DNA of 38,308 bases from positions 1 through 38,308 of IMG/VR virus record IMGVR_UViG_3300043410_000662; one strand, given 5' to 3'. How positions within the stretch are numbered: the first letter of the stretch is position 1; each line of letters opens with the position of its first letter. Below, one piece after another: positions 1-10,700 of the stretch. This DNA comes from a virus (taxonomy: Duplodnaviria > Caudoviricetes). The position numbers were made by a program, and so were the translations under genes. The notes under the pieces were generated by a model. That model did not search any database. It was not told the origin of the DNA and saw nothing but the letters and a program-made list of their open reading frames with translations.

Positions 1-1555
1 CAATAGTACCATCTACATATAAACCACCAATATTGAACTGTGCGATATTAGAGGTGCCATTGATAGCAATAGCAACATTACCACCAGGAGCATCAACAAC
101 TACATTACTATTGCCGTTAGAGATACCAGTTGTTGAGATATTAGCCCAACTTAACTTACCGTCTGTATTAGCAACTAATGCTTGACCATTACTGGATGCC
201 ACATTTGATGGCATAATCAACGAGTAGTTAGCAGTCATTGTGTTGCCAGGGTAGATGCTTAGTGTTTTTGTGTTTGAGGTATTGCCGTCATTGCCAACTA
301 ACTTTAGGGCCGAGTTGCTTGTGATAGTACCAACACTCAATCCAACAGGTGCTTCTAAACCAGTTGTAGTTACAATAGCCGAAGTGCCACCACTTGGACC
401 TTGAATACGACCGCTACCGTTGATACGAACGCCATCAGTTGTGGCAGAGCCAATATTAAAGATAATACCATTGCCGTTAGTGCCTACACCACCTTGAATG
501 TTAGCAGCCGATACGTTTGCTAAGTTACCATCACTGCCCTTTAGGAACTTGAGAGTAGAGGTATTTGCGATATGAGCATTACCAAGAACTGTTATATTAC
601 CAGTTGCGATGGCATCACTAGTGCTGACTGTACCTAGGTTAGTGCCAGTGAGAGTACTATTAGCACGATCAATAACAGTATTGTTGACGGAGTAGAAGGC
701 ACCTGTAGGGAATGATACACGACCAGTTACGCCGCTTGAAGAGATTACTCTGCTGTTGTATAGATATGTAGCCGAACCAGCGGCAGCCGATATAGCATTA
801 CTGTTAGCAGTTACTGAGTAGATGTTAGTATCGATAACAACCATTGTACCAAGAGTGTTAGTTGGTACGATACATGATGAACTGCCTTGGATAGAAACAA
901 CAGCCGAAGCATTATTAGCAACGATAGCGCCTTGAATACCACCCATGAAGGATACGGTACCACTGCCAGTAGCGTTGATTAGGTTAGCACCTTGTGTATC
1001 TACACCTTCTAAGTAGACATAGCCACTACCTGTCTTGTTGATACCACCAGTTGCTAAACCATCACGAATATAAACGCTACCACTAGTAGAGATAGTCATC
1101 AAGCCAGTGAATGAGATGCCACTAAAACGGGCACTGCCACTAGCGTGATTGATAGTCCATGCGCCCGAACAATTTACAATACCACCACCGCCAGCACGAG
1201 CAATAACATCAACGTTTAGGTTAGTGAAGGTAACGTTCTCGGTATAGGTGCCTGGATGTAAGATAACAGAACTACCGATATTACCAGCCGCTGTTAATGC
1301 CGCTGAAATCGTAGCAAACGGTTTGAACTCACCGCCATTGTTGGTATCCGAGCCACTAACTGGATCTACGTGGAACTCACGTGTGTATTTGAAGAACGGT
1401 TCACTAAGTGTAATGATAGCATTGCTACCGTCTTTGGTGAATAGTTTCTTGTCTGTCATATTCAAGGCAATTTCGCCTGTTTGAATATCTGCGGCTAGAG
1501 GTACTTTACCAGCTACTGAACTACGCTTGTGCTGATAGGGAAGTTTTTGTGACAT
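1..1555 (-). CDS. Tail fibre / receptor-binding protein (3'-truncated by window edge, >518 aa; not in the ORF track)
   Basis: Manual translation from ATG at 1555 stays open to position 1. N-terminus MSQKLPYQHKRSSVAGKVPLAADIQTGEIALNMTDKKLFTKD resembles the T4 gp37 N-terminal motif (KRS..AG..P....L..GE.A.N..D..IFTKD). It is followed by HVDPVSGSDTNNG...PFATISAAL...HPGTYTENV (DUF1565-like start of a beta-helix) and Gly/Asn/Thr-rich fibre sequence. Confidence 0.85.
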   Translation of the reverse strand, partial: MSQKLPYQHKRSSVAGKVPLAADIQTGEIALNMTDKKLFTKDGSNAIITLSEPFFKYTREFHVDPVSGSDTNNGGEFKPFATISAALTAAGNIGSSVILHPGTYTENVTFTNLNVDVIARAGGGGIVNCSGAWTINHASGSARFSGISFTGLMTISTSGSVYIRDGLATGGINKTGSGYVYLEGVDTQGANLINATGSGTVSFMGGIQGAIVANNASAVVSIQGSSSCIVPTNTLGTMVVIDTNIYSVTANSNAISAAAGSATYLYNSRVISSSGVTGRVSFPTGAFYSVNNTVIDRANSTLTGTNLGTVSTSDAIATGNITVLGNAHIANTSTLKFLKGSDGNLANVSAANIQGGVGTNGNGIIFNIGSATTDGVRINGSGRIQGPSGGTSAIVTTTGLEAPVGLSVGTITSNSALKLVGNDGNTSNTKTLSIYPGNTMTANYSLIMPSNVASSNGQALVANTDGKLSWANISTTGISNGNSNVVVDAPGGNVAIAINGTSNIAQFNIGGLYVDGTI

Positions 1556-1578
1556 ATGTTTCTTTCTTTATATAAAGG

Positions 1579-3378
1579 TTAATACGTACCCATATCTAGG
1601 GTACCATCAATCCATAAGCTATTTGCGGAATCAAAACTAAGGATTGCTCTATTACTTATGTTAGCAACGTTTGCTGGTAGTAAGACATCGCTACATTCTG
1701 CTAACTCTTGGAAGTTATTTACATCAATGTAAATCTCGCCCTGACTAGCGTGTGCTCGTTGAATAAAACCAATGACAACTAAGTGTGCTGGTGAAATAGG
1801 TTCAGTAGTAGTCCAAGTACCAGCAGTTGCTCCTAAGAATACAGGAGCACCTTCAGTTAATCCACCAGTATTTACTCCACTTAAAACGCCATGATACTGA
1901 ACATAGCACTCTGAGTTATCAGCTCCGCCTATAGCAATGATACCGATTGTGCCAGCACTTAGACCCTCACTAGCATTACTTGCCTTAGCAACAGCAATAC
2001 GCTGACCTTGAGCACCGCTAATATAAACAGCATCACCGATAACAAGCGCACCCCCAGATTTATTAACTACTAGGTCTTGTGAAGCACCACGATGAATGCC
2101 AGTAAAGACAGGAGCCGCTATGGAATGAGAGGAAGTGAATGAGTTACTGCTGTTAGTATATACGAAAGTAGCGTTAGCGCCAGCAATAGTAAAACCACCG
2201 CCATCTGCTTGAACGGAGTTAGCAGCCGCATTAGCAAGTGTAATATTTTTGTCATTGATGTTTACTGTATTGGATTCTATGTATGTAATATTGCCTTGAA
2301 TGTCTAGATTACCAGTGACAACTAAGTCAGTGTTGAAGGTAGTTACCGCATTAGAGAATACAGCAGTGTTTGTAGTACCACCTACACTAAACGCAACATT
2401 GCCGTTAGCGCTAGAGATATTAACATTAGAGGTGCCATTTACGATAGCATTTTGTGCCGCAGTTGCTGTCCATGATAACACGCCGTTACCATCAGTAGAG
2501 AGAACTTGTCCGTTTGCTCCACCAGGAATAATGATATTTGCTACATCAACAACTTCTAGGCTCTCTGGATACACTCTACTGGTTGTTTCTAAGTAACCAT
2601 CTAGTGCTAAGCCGCCTTCATGTATTTGTACGATGTTAGCAGTTCCGTTGACGCCAACGGTAACATTACCATCTGCCACCGCAATCGCTACATTAGAGGT
2701 GCCATTAGAAATACCATCACTAGCAACAGTAGCCCATTGTAGTGTGCCAGTGCCATCTGTTTGTAGATACTGACCAGCATTGCCACCATAGATGTGTAGA
2801 TTAGCAATATTACCTAGGGATACCTCACTGCCGTTTGCTATGAAGTTAGAGACATAAGCATTTACATTTACTTGTAAAGTACCATCTACTGATACTCTGT
2901 CGCCATCAATCACCATGATATTAGCAACACCATTGCTACTCATTGTTACTATGTCAGCGTATACAGTTACATTACTTTCGCCGTTTGCTATTGAGGTCTT
3001 GTCTAATACTACCCAACTACCATTACCAGAGAGATAGTCACCTACATTACCACTTAGATTGATGTTAGCGATATTACCAGCACCCGACACATTAGCAAGT
3101 GCTACACTCTTGGCAGTGTTTGCTATATTAGCGGTTCCAGCGAAGTTAGCATAGTTAGCATCATCATTAGCCATTGCTGTCCAACTAAGATTACCAGCAC
3201 CGTCAGTGACTAGCACCTGTCTATTAGCACCTCCACCGATTTTGACACCGCTAATGTTTCCAAGATTAGCGCCACTACTTACGGTAATATTGGCTACTTG
3301 TAGACCAGTAATGTTTCCGTTCGTATCACTTGTTGTGATCTGTGGAAAGTTACTGATGATTTGATTATTCTTGTTCAT
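1579..3378 (-). CDS. Tail fibre protein (599 aa)
   Basis: Three GG.xGQ.L.TDG.G.L.W repeats, N/G/A/T/V-rich, globular C-terminal domain ending LDMGTY; SD AAAGGAA upstream; lies in the fibre cluster. Confidence 0.8.
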   Translation of the reverse strand: MNKNNQIISNFPQITTSDTNGNITGLQVANITVSSGANLGNISGVKIGGGANRQVLVTDGAGNLSWTAMANDDANYANFAGTANIANTAKSVALANVSGAGNIANINLSGNVGDYLSGNGSWVVLDKTSIANGESNVTVYADIVTMSSNGVANIMVIDGDRVSVDGTLQVNVNAYVSNFIANGSEVSLGNIANLHIYGGNAGQYLQTDGTGTLQWATVASDGISNGTSNVAIAVADGNVTVGVNGTANIVQIHEGGLALDGYLETTSRVYPESLEVVDVANIIIPGGANGQVLSTDGNGVLSWTATAAQNAIVNGTSNVNISSANGNVAFSVGGTTNTAVFSNAVTTFNTDLVVTGNLDIQGNITYIESNTVNINDKNITLANAAANSVQADGGGFTIAGANATFVYTNSSNSFTSSHSIAAPVFTGIHRGASQDLVVNKSGGALVIGDAVYISGAQGQRIAVAKASNASEGLSAGTIGIIAIGGADNSECYVQYHGVLSGVNTGGLTEGAPVFLGATAGTWTTTEPISPAHLVVIGFIQRAHASQGEIYIDVNNFQELAECSDVLLPANVANISNRAILSFDSANSLWIDGTLDMGTY

Positions 3379-3390
3379 TGTTTTCCTTTA

Positions 3391-6300
3391 TTACCAAGTT
3401 GTTAGTGCCGAGCGCTTCCATGTGTTTGCGGCTACACAGATATACACATAGTTAGTGTCGTAAGCAATCTGTCCTTTAGCGCCAGCAGATGTTGCGGTTG
3501 TTGGTATGTACTGTGTGGCTTTTTGTCCACCACCACTATTCATAACTAAGTTACCGTACATAATGGACTGCTGTGAGGTATCAAACACTGCTGTATAGCG
3601 ACTAAGGTTTGCTGCTGAGTTGCTAGTAATGATAGCAGTAAGAGTATCTGGATAACCACCAGCAACAGTAGGAAGGGCAGTAACGTTGGCACTAAACAAA
3701 CCAAATGATGGTGTCCATCCATTAGATCCATCGAGCGTCACTGTACCAAGAGTGTTACCAACAAAAGCAGCACTACTTACACCAGCTACCTGATCTCCAG
3801 CTTGTATAGAAGCAGGAACACTACGAGTTCCACGAGATTTACCTAAGAACATAACTGACTGTGTGGTATCGTTGCTGTATCTATATCCAGAAAAAGGAGA
3901 TAAGTTTTCAGCACTGCTGGTTACTTGTCCGCGAACTGATAGTCTCACACTATCAGTCCATGTAATATTAGCCCCATTAATAGTACCACCGCTGTTAAAC
4001 TGTAGCTGTCCTTCTGTTCCAGCAGCTGGTACAGCAGCGAATGTGCCATTGCCTAAAAATACTTGACCGCTATTGCCAGTGATGTTGATGCTTGCGATAT
4101 TACCAGCACCAACTACATTGGCTAGTGCTACGCTATTGGCAACCTCAGCGAAAGCAACATTACCAGTAACATTGTAGCCAGCAACTGACTTAGCAACATC
4201 GGCTGTTCCACTATTAGCACTGTACGCAACTGTGCCATTGATGTTTGCGGCATCAACAGAGTAGGCAGTTGTTGCGACAGTAGCAAGATTAGCAACAGCC
4301 GCTACAGAAGCACTACCAGCATTATCAGCATAGACACTATTAGCAGCACTAGCGACAGTACCACTTACATTACTACCATTAACACCAAGAGCAGTAGTAG
4401 CAACATCTGCTAGGGTAGCTACATTGGCACGAGCCGCAAGATCAGTAGCGGTAGCAAAAGCAGCGTTAGCAACCTCACCAACTACACTACTACCACTTAC
4501 AGCAATAGTGCTCCATGATCCATCACCACGCAAATACTTGGCGCTGTTACCAACCAAGTTAACTGTAGAGATATTACCAAGTGCTAAGTCTTGACGAAGA
4601 TTAGCAGCCGATGGAACGGTTAGCGTAATATTTCCACTATCTGTAATGTATCCATCTAATGAGAAACCAAGACCGCCACCTGTACCAGTAACTGCGGTAA
4701 CGGTTCCAGATGCGCTAGACCCAGTGACATTACTAGTTGGACCACTTGGTAGAACAATAATCTCATCTCCACTGTACGCAACGGTATTTAAGTATAGTGT
4801 GTTGTTAACAACTGTATAGTTCTCTGGGTCAACAACAACACCGTTTCTTGTAACGGTAACTGCTGTGTTACTGCTGTTGTATGCTCGTAGTAGATCTGAT
4901 GTAAACGATTGATTGTTAGCATTAGATGGCACATCAAACTTAATTGTAACTACGCCAACAGGTGGAGATGACCAGCGTAGATTACCAGTACCATCTGTTG
5001 TGAGTTGCTGACCGCTCATACCACCACCAATCTTGACATTACTAGCAAGACCTAAGTTGCTGATAGCGTTGACTTTTAGTACTGAGTTTGATAGGGTAAC
5101 AACATTACTAACACCATTAACGTTAGCAGCAATATTACCATCATTAAGAATCGTAATAGCAGTACCACCACCAAAGATGCTGTTAGGTGTTCCTAAGTTT
5201 CCGCTTGTGAACTCCCAGCGTAAACCACCACGACCGTCAGTAACAATACTTTGACCATTAGCACCACCAGTAATCTTAATATTACCAAGTGAGTTTAAGT
5301 CTGTCTGTTCTAGAACTGTAAAATCAACAATAGTTGCTCGCTGTGCGGTGAGTGTGCCATCTACCTGTGCGTCTAAGCGAGCACTTAGGTGTGTTGTAGA
5401 GATTGAGTTTGCTTCTACTGGACCATCAAAGAAAGTACTATCGCTGACATACAAGTCTGTTGCGTTAACATTACCGCTAGCATTAAGTGTTCTAACATTA
5501 GCAGTAGTAGCAGTTACTGTAGTAGTGTTAACATTAGGTACTTGAACATTACTAGCAATGTTGACACCAGTGCTGTCAACAACCATAACGTTAGCAACAC
5601 CGTTGGATCTAAAGGTGATTGCGGCGTTAGGTAAAACTTCAACCTTACTACTGCCGTTACTTACATAACTACCAACTTGTAGATTGCTTAGGTAGCGACC
5701 ATCACCAACAAAGAAGCCAGCGTGAGCAGCATTACCAAGATTACTTGTACCAACAGCACTAACATTAAGTGCGCCAGTTGTTATCTCTGGTGTGTTGATA
5801 CTACTTGCTGAGAATCCACCAGTAGCACTAATAGTGCCAGTAACAGATAGACCTTGTAAGGTACCTACACTTGTAATGTTTGGCTGATAGCCACTTAGTG
5901 AGTCAATAGTACCGCTGAAGTAGTTAGCAGTAACAACGTTAGCAGCTTGAAACTCAACTTCTTGCTTAACAACTAGTCGCTCTAGTGGGCCAACAGATGT
6001 AATGCCTGGCTGATCTGATGTTGTTAGTACACCAGCAATAGTGTTTGTAACAATCTCATTTACAGAGATATTACCTGCTTGAATAGCGCCACTGGTTGAT
6101 AGACTTGGAACTTGAATACCACCATCTGGATCGGCACTGATAGATGTCTCGCCAAGATAAATGGTGTTTCCACTTAAGTGAATATCCTTCCACTTTCGTG
6201 TAGGACTTCCTAAGTCATATGTTAGTGTTGTGTATGGAACTACTGCGCCAGCTACGGTTAGTGTTTGACTAGCAAACGACAGTTGATCACTAGCAGCAAG

Positions 6301-6663
6301 TGAGCCATCGGCAGCAGCAATCTGAACTTGTCCAGTAGAGCCACTAGCACCACTGCTATTATCAATCCATGTAAGATTACCGCTACCATCTGTAGATAGT
6401 AGCTGTCCGCTGTTACCGCCAGCAAGTTTGAAGCTGTTAGCAGGAACGGTAATATTACCAGTTACAGTAATATTTTGCGCAGTAAGTGTGTTTGTGGTTG
6501 TATCAAAAACAAGATACCCACTACTGTTGAATCCGCCGTTTGCGGCTATCTGAACTTCGCCAGTAGAGCCGTGACTATATGTTCGCACACCGCTCTTGTT
6601 GATTGTTACGTTGAAGTTCTTGCCGTTGTCAAACTTCATACTAACAGAGTTTGCTGTTGCCAT
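3391..6663 (-). CDS. Long tail fibre protein (1090 aa)
   Basis: GQ.L.TDG.GNL.W repeats, YDLGSPTRKWKDIHL motif, Ala-rich ANA/ATTA repeats, C-terminal GAKGQIAYDTNYVYICVAANTWKR motif common at phage fibre ends; SD AAGGAA. Confidence 0.85.
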   Translation of the reverse strand: MATANSVSMKFDNGKNFNVTINKSGVRTYSHGSTGEVQIAANGGFNSSGYLVFDTTTNTLTAQNITVTGNITVPANSFKLAGGNSGQLLSTDGSGNLTWIDNSSGASGSTGQVQIAAADGSLAASDQLSFASQTLTVAGAVVPYTTLTYDLGSPTRKWKDIHLSGNTIYLGETSISADPDGGIQVPSLSTSGAIQAGNISVNEIVTNTIAGVLTTSDQPGITSVGPLERLVVKQEVEFQAANVVTANYFSGTIDSLSGYQPNITSVGTLQGLSVTGTISATGGFSASSINTPEITTGALNVSAVGTSNLGNAAHAGFFVGDGRYLSNLQVGSYVSNGSSKVEVLPNAAITFRSNGVANVMVVDSTGVNIASNVQVPNVNTTTVTATTANVRTLNASGNVNATDLYVSDSTFFDGPVEANSISTTHLSARLDAQVDGTLTAQRATIVDFTVLEQTDLNSLGNIKITGGANGQSIVTDGRGGLRWEFTSGNLGTPNSIFGGGTAITILNDGNIAANVNGVSNVVTLSNSVLKVNAISNLGLASNVKIGGGMSGQQLTTDGTGNLRWSSPPVGVVTIKFDVPSNANNQSFTSDLLRAYNSSNTAVTVTRNGVVVDPENYTVVNNTLYLNTVAYSGDEIIVLPSGPTSNVTGSSASGTVTAVTGTGGGLGFSLDGYITDSGNITLTVPSAANLRQDLALGNISTVNLVGNSAKYLRGDGSWSTIAVSGSSVVGEVANAAFATATDLAARANVATLADVATTALGVNGSNVSGTVASAANSVYADNAGSASVAAVANLATVATTAYSVDAANINGTVAYSANSGTADVAKSVAGYNVTGNVAFAEVANSVALANVVGAGNIASINITGNSGQVFLGNGTFAAVPAAGTEGQLQFNSGGTINGANITWTDSVRLSVRGQVTSSAENLSPFSGYRYSNDTTQSVMFLGKSRGTRSVPASIQAGDQVAGVSSAAFVGNTLGTVTLDGSNGWTPSFGLFSANVTALPTVAGGYPDTLTAIITSNSAANLSRYTAVFDTSQQSIMYGNLVMNSGGGQKATQYIPTTATSAGAKGQIAYDTNYVYICVAANTWKRSALTTW

Positions 6664-6672
6664 TTGTTTTCC

Positions 6673-7254
6673 TTATTTCTTTCGTTTGTAGATTCTTCCA
6701 AGAGCCCAGGGCTCTGGTGCCTGATCAGGAAAGAACTGTTTTGACTTACCATCAAACGAGTACCATTTCTTTCCAGTACCGAGCTTATTTCTCTCTGCTA
6801 GATCATCTCGTTTAACTCCAAGTGTTGGTGATCTGAGTCTCCCTGTTCTATAGCCCTCTCTAAGAGTAACAGATCTCTGCGCTGCGGTGGCTCTTGATAT
6901 GTCCCCAAAATCCCTTCGCCCAGCACCTCTGGCTATACACGCATCTCTAATCTTTTTACAAGTCTCAGCACTTCTCTTAAATGAAGCTCCCTCGCCACCG
7001 TTGGTAATATTTACAAGACTGTATCTTTTTCGCATAGCAGCAATAACTAACTTCTCAGCATTATTAGCCTGTGTGTTAGACATGTTTTCCTGTATTCTGC
7101 GTGAGCGAAACCCATGTTTATTGACAATGTTGTGCCAGTAGTTATTTCTACTGTTGTTAGAGGTATCTCGATCACGTTTACCTTTACCAACATAGAAAGG
7201 CAGACCAGTATCTAGGCGCTCATGTATGTATATGTAGTAGATGTTGTTGTTCAT
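6673..7254 (-). CDS. Free-standing GIY-YIG-like homing endonuclease (start revised to MNNNIYY, 193 aa)
   Basis: YYIYIH...PFYVGKG...R motif, conserved E (NAEKLVI) and N.T.GGEG, NUMOD3-like RSAETCKKI, C-terminal GKKWY..DG...P.PW.LGR. ATG at 7254 lies 4 nt after the upstream stop and avoids an overlap. Confidence 0.8.
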   Translation of the reverse strand: MNNNIYYIYIHERLDTGLPFYVGKGKRDRDTSNNSRNNYWHNIVNKHGFRSRRIQENMSNTQANNAEKLVIAAMRKRYSLVNITNGGEGASFKRSAETCKKIRDACIARGAGRRDFGDISRATAAQRSVTLREGYRTGRLRSPTLGVKRDDLAERNKLGTGKKWYSFDGKSKQFFPDQAPEPWALGRIYKRKK

Positions 7255-7258
7255 ATGT

Positions 7259-7768
7259 TTATGTTGTCTGTGCTGAGATTCCATCTGAGGAAACGATAAA
7301 CAACAGCAATATCTTTTTAGTTTGCTCTGGGATGTAGTCTTCTGATCCTACGGTTCCACTTGCTGGCATAGTAGCACCAATGTATCCAGTGTAGACTGGT
7401 GGACTAACAGAATCAATAGCAGGCTTCATCTCGTCAAACATATCGTCGTTGATCAGCATACGAATACGTCCGTTAGCAGGGTCTACTAGTTTGATGTTAG
7501 AATCAAGCACAATCTCTGTTGCTCCACTTGCTGCTCTAAGATTTACTAGTTCTATTCCTTTGTTTCTTACATCAACAATCTCGTCAACAAGACGGCGAAT
7601 TAAGCGTAGTGAAAAACTCCAGCCTGTAAGATCAACTGCTGTTTGATCTGTTGATGAGTTTGTAAAGGTTACGTCCCAGTAGTCATCAGTACGCCATACT
7701 AGTTCTTCTGCTAGGATTGGTTGATCGTACCCAGCTACTTGATTGATTGTGTTTTGTGAAAATCTCAT
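7259..7768 (-). CDS. BppU-like baseplate/fibre adaptor (start revised to MRFSQ, 169 aa)
   Basis: W.VTFT.....AVDLTGWSF.L.L...VDPANGRI.MLI pattern typical of BppU N-terminal-type Ig-like adaptors; paralogous to 11282-11752; ATG directly after the upstream TAA. Confidence 0.6.
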   Translation of the reverse strand: MRFSQNTINQVAGYDQPILAEELVWRTDDYWDVTFTNSSTDQTAVDLTGWSFSLRLIRRLVDEIVDVRNKGIELVNLRAASGATEIVLDSNIKLVDPANGRIRMLINDDMFDEMKPAIDSVSPPVYTGYIGATMPASGTVGSEDYIPEQTKKILLLFIVSSDGISAQTT

Positions 7769-7769
7769 A

Positions 7770-10700
7770 TTATGATCCTGTGTTAATTGTGTAGGTAGCA
7801 ACTGCTAAGGTACTACTTGTGCCTGGAGACACTGTGACGGCAATTCGTTTGTCTGGTGCGCTGTATCCGCTTGAGGTCTTTGTCCAGCGAGCAGTAGCGT
7901 TACTAGCAGTAGCACTCTGTACACCTGCGCTCCAATTACTTAGTGTCTCGCCAGCAACCACATTATTTACAAGTGTAGATAAGGACTCACTGTAAGCAGG
8001 TGAGTATGTGTAGGTAGAGCCACTTCCCTGATCAACAAAGATAACTGTATCTCTAGTAGAAGCAGCAACACTTGTGCCTTGTGTGATACTTAGTGATAAG
8101 TTTCCAGTAGGTGCCATACCGTTTTGTATTTGACTGACATCAGCGATAGCACCTCCACTGTTTGTGTCTACGGTAACTACGCCAGTTGATGGGTAGCTGG
8201 CAGTGTAAGTAGGTCTTGCGGCTATTACTAGATTACCTAGTGTCTGTGCTTGTATATCTGTAGAAGCACCAAGCGTAGGTGTGTAGGTTAGTGTCTGCTG
8301 TGAGTATGATGCGTGTGCTGGTAGGACAATACTGTAGCTTGTTTGTTGTATTTTTGGTGCGTATGATGCGCCAGTAACTTCGGTGCTACCAAGAACCTCA
8401 ATGGTCTCTGTTGCCGCAATACAGTCACTACCTTGTGTGTCTGGTGACATTCTTCTAGAAGAAGCATATGTCCATGTTAGTCCGTCTGGGCTTGTAAATA
8501 GACCAAGATTAACACCATCAGTTCCATCAATAATAAAGCGTGTTCCGTCCCACACAATATGATTTACATCAAACGGTCTAACCCCAGACCAGTCTACTCC
8601 ATTTGTAGATCTAAACAAATATCTTACTCCAGGGTCTGTTGTATAGGAAGCCGACAGCAGCATAGCAGTTGGGCTAGCACACATTCTTGTGTAGCTTGAT
8701 ATACCAGGAGTAGTTCTTACAACAAAATTATTCTCTGTGTTACTTGACCTAATACTGTATCCAGCAGGTATGGCGTCAGGGTCATATGCCATACATATAA
8801 AATACTTGTAGCCGTCTGCGCCCGCAGCAAAGTATACATAGTCGGGTCTAATAAAGTGAGCCTGACTACCAGTAAGAGAGAACACTGTAGTTCCTAGACT
8901 TAGATCACCAGTGTTGTTAAGTTTAGTAATAGTAGAAGTATACTGCCCTGCTCCTGACGCAAAGTATCTACTAAGTAGATACCCACTGCTACCGACAGAG
9001 CCCATAGAGTAAAACTGTACAGAAGAGACAGCACTACCAATACTGCCGTAAGTAATATTTCCAGTAGACAGATTAATGTTGGTAACTTTAGGCTGTGGGG
9101 ATCCGCCATTTAGATTCTCTATGGTAAAGAAAGCAAGATTGTTACCATTTCTAACCATAGCACTAGTACCATCGCCACTCATTGTATAGTTTCTTGTAGC
9201 AGCACTTACGCCTTCCCAGTTTGCGCCATCAGTGGTTTTGCGAATAACAATAGTTGTGTTATTATACACAGCGCCAAGATATACAGTATTACTACCATAG
9301 CCACTACCAATATTGTATGTGACATAGTTAGGAGTGCTGTTAGAGAAACTACCAAACTGTGCGGCTGATGGAGAGTAGGTATTATCAAAAGTCCAAGTAA
9401 CAATCTCGTCAGTGTTGGTGAGACTTGTAGCTGTAGTTCCAGTAAAGAAGGTATCAACAATGGTCTCAGTATTACCACTAGCACCAGCAGTACCCCAGTA
9501 TAGTTGTCCGTTACCGCCAGTGAATAGTGCTTGTCCAGCAGTACCGCCAGTGATAGGCAAGGTTAGTGTGTAGGTTGTTCCATTACTATTAGCAGTAATA
9601 GTGATAGTACTGTTTGGTTCGGTAGTATCTTGTAGCTGTACGGCATTTGCTGTAACAACATTAGCAGTGATGTTACCTGTGTTGTTAGCCAAGATACCAT
9701 CAAAACTGCTAAACACACCATTGCCTAGCAAGACATTACTAGCGTTGCCGTCTAGGTTAGTAGAAACAATGTTGCCAGTAGGTGAAGCCTTCCAAGTACC
9801 ATCGCCAGCTAGATACTGTGCTGCGTTACCACTTAGATTACTAGATGATAGATTGCCTAAGGCTGTCCAAGCACCGTTGGCTGATAGAACGCTAGAAGTA
9901 GCAGTATTAGATGCGACAGTTAGATTGATATCGCCGATATTGCCACTGCGATAGGTACTCCATGTGCCATTACCTAACAGCACTTGTCCACTGTTTCCTG
10001 TTAAACTAACAGCACCAATGTTTCCATTTGCTACTGCCTTCCAAGATAAGACACCAGTTCCGTTGGTGCTTAATACCTCACCGCTATTACCGCCAGGAAT
10101 GATTAGGTTAGCGATGTTCACTACTTCTAAGCTCTCTGGGTATACACGACTAGTTGTCTCTAGGTAGCCATCAACAGCTACTCCACCCTCGTGTATTTGT
10201 ACAATGTTAGCGGTACCGTTGATACCAACCGTCACATTACCACCATTGCTGGTGATACTAACATTACTATTACCATTTACAATGCGTGTTGGGTCAAGTG
10301 TAATAGCAGTCCAGTTACCGCTGCCATCTAGATATGTGTTAGCGTTACCGCTTAAGCTTAGGTTAGCAATGTTGCCGATATTAGGGATGACTAAGGTAGT
10401 CCAGTTACCACTACCGTCTAGATATGTGTTAGCATTACCGCTTAGGTTTAGTACCGCAATATTGCCAGTAGCACCAGTATTTGCTGCTGCGATGTATGTG
10501 CCAGCGCCAGTTAGAATCTCTTGTGCGTTACCGTTTAGGTTGGTAGAGATGATGTTGCCAGTAGCATATGTCTTCCATGTGCCGTCACCAGCTAGATAAG
10601 TGTTAGCGTTACCATCTAGGTTTGTTGCGCCAATATTGCCTGTTGAGCCTGTACCCCAAGATAAGTTGCCAGTACCGTCTGTGCGTAACACTTGACCATT

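Noticed and set aside
6673-7254. Endonuclease as part of a group I intron
   Set aside because: Flanking genes are complete and the gaps of 4 and 9 nt cannot hold an intron core.
2470-10238. Duplicated fibre segment as a DGR template/variable repeat pair
   Set aside because: Both copies are coding and internal, differences are largely synonymous and not adenine-specific, and no reverse transcriptase is in the window.
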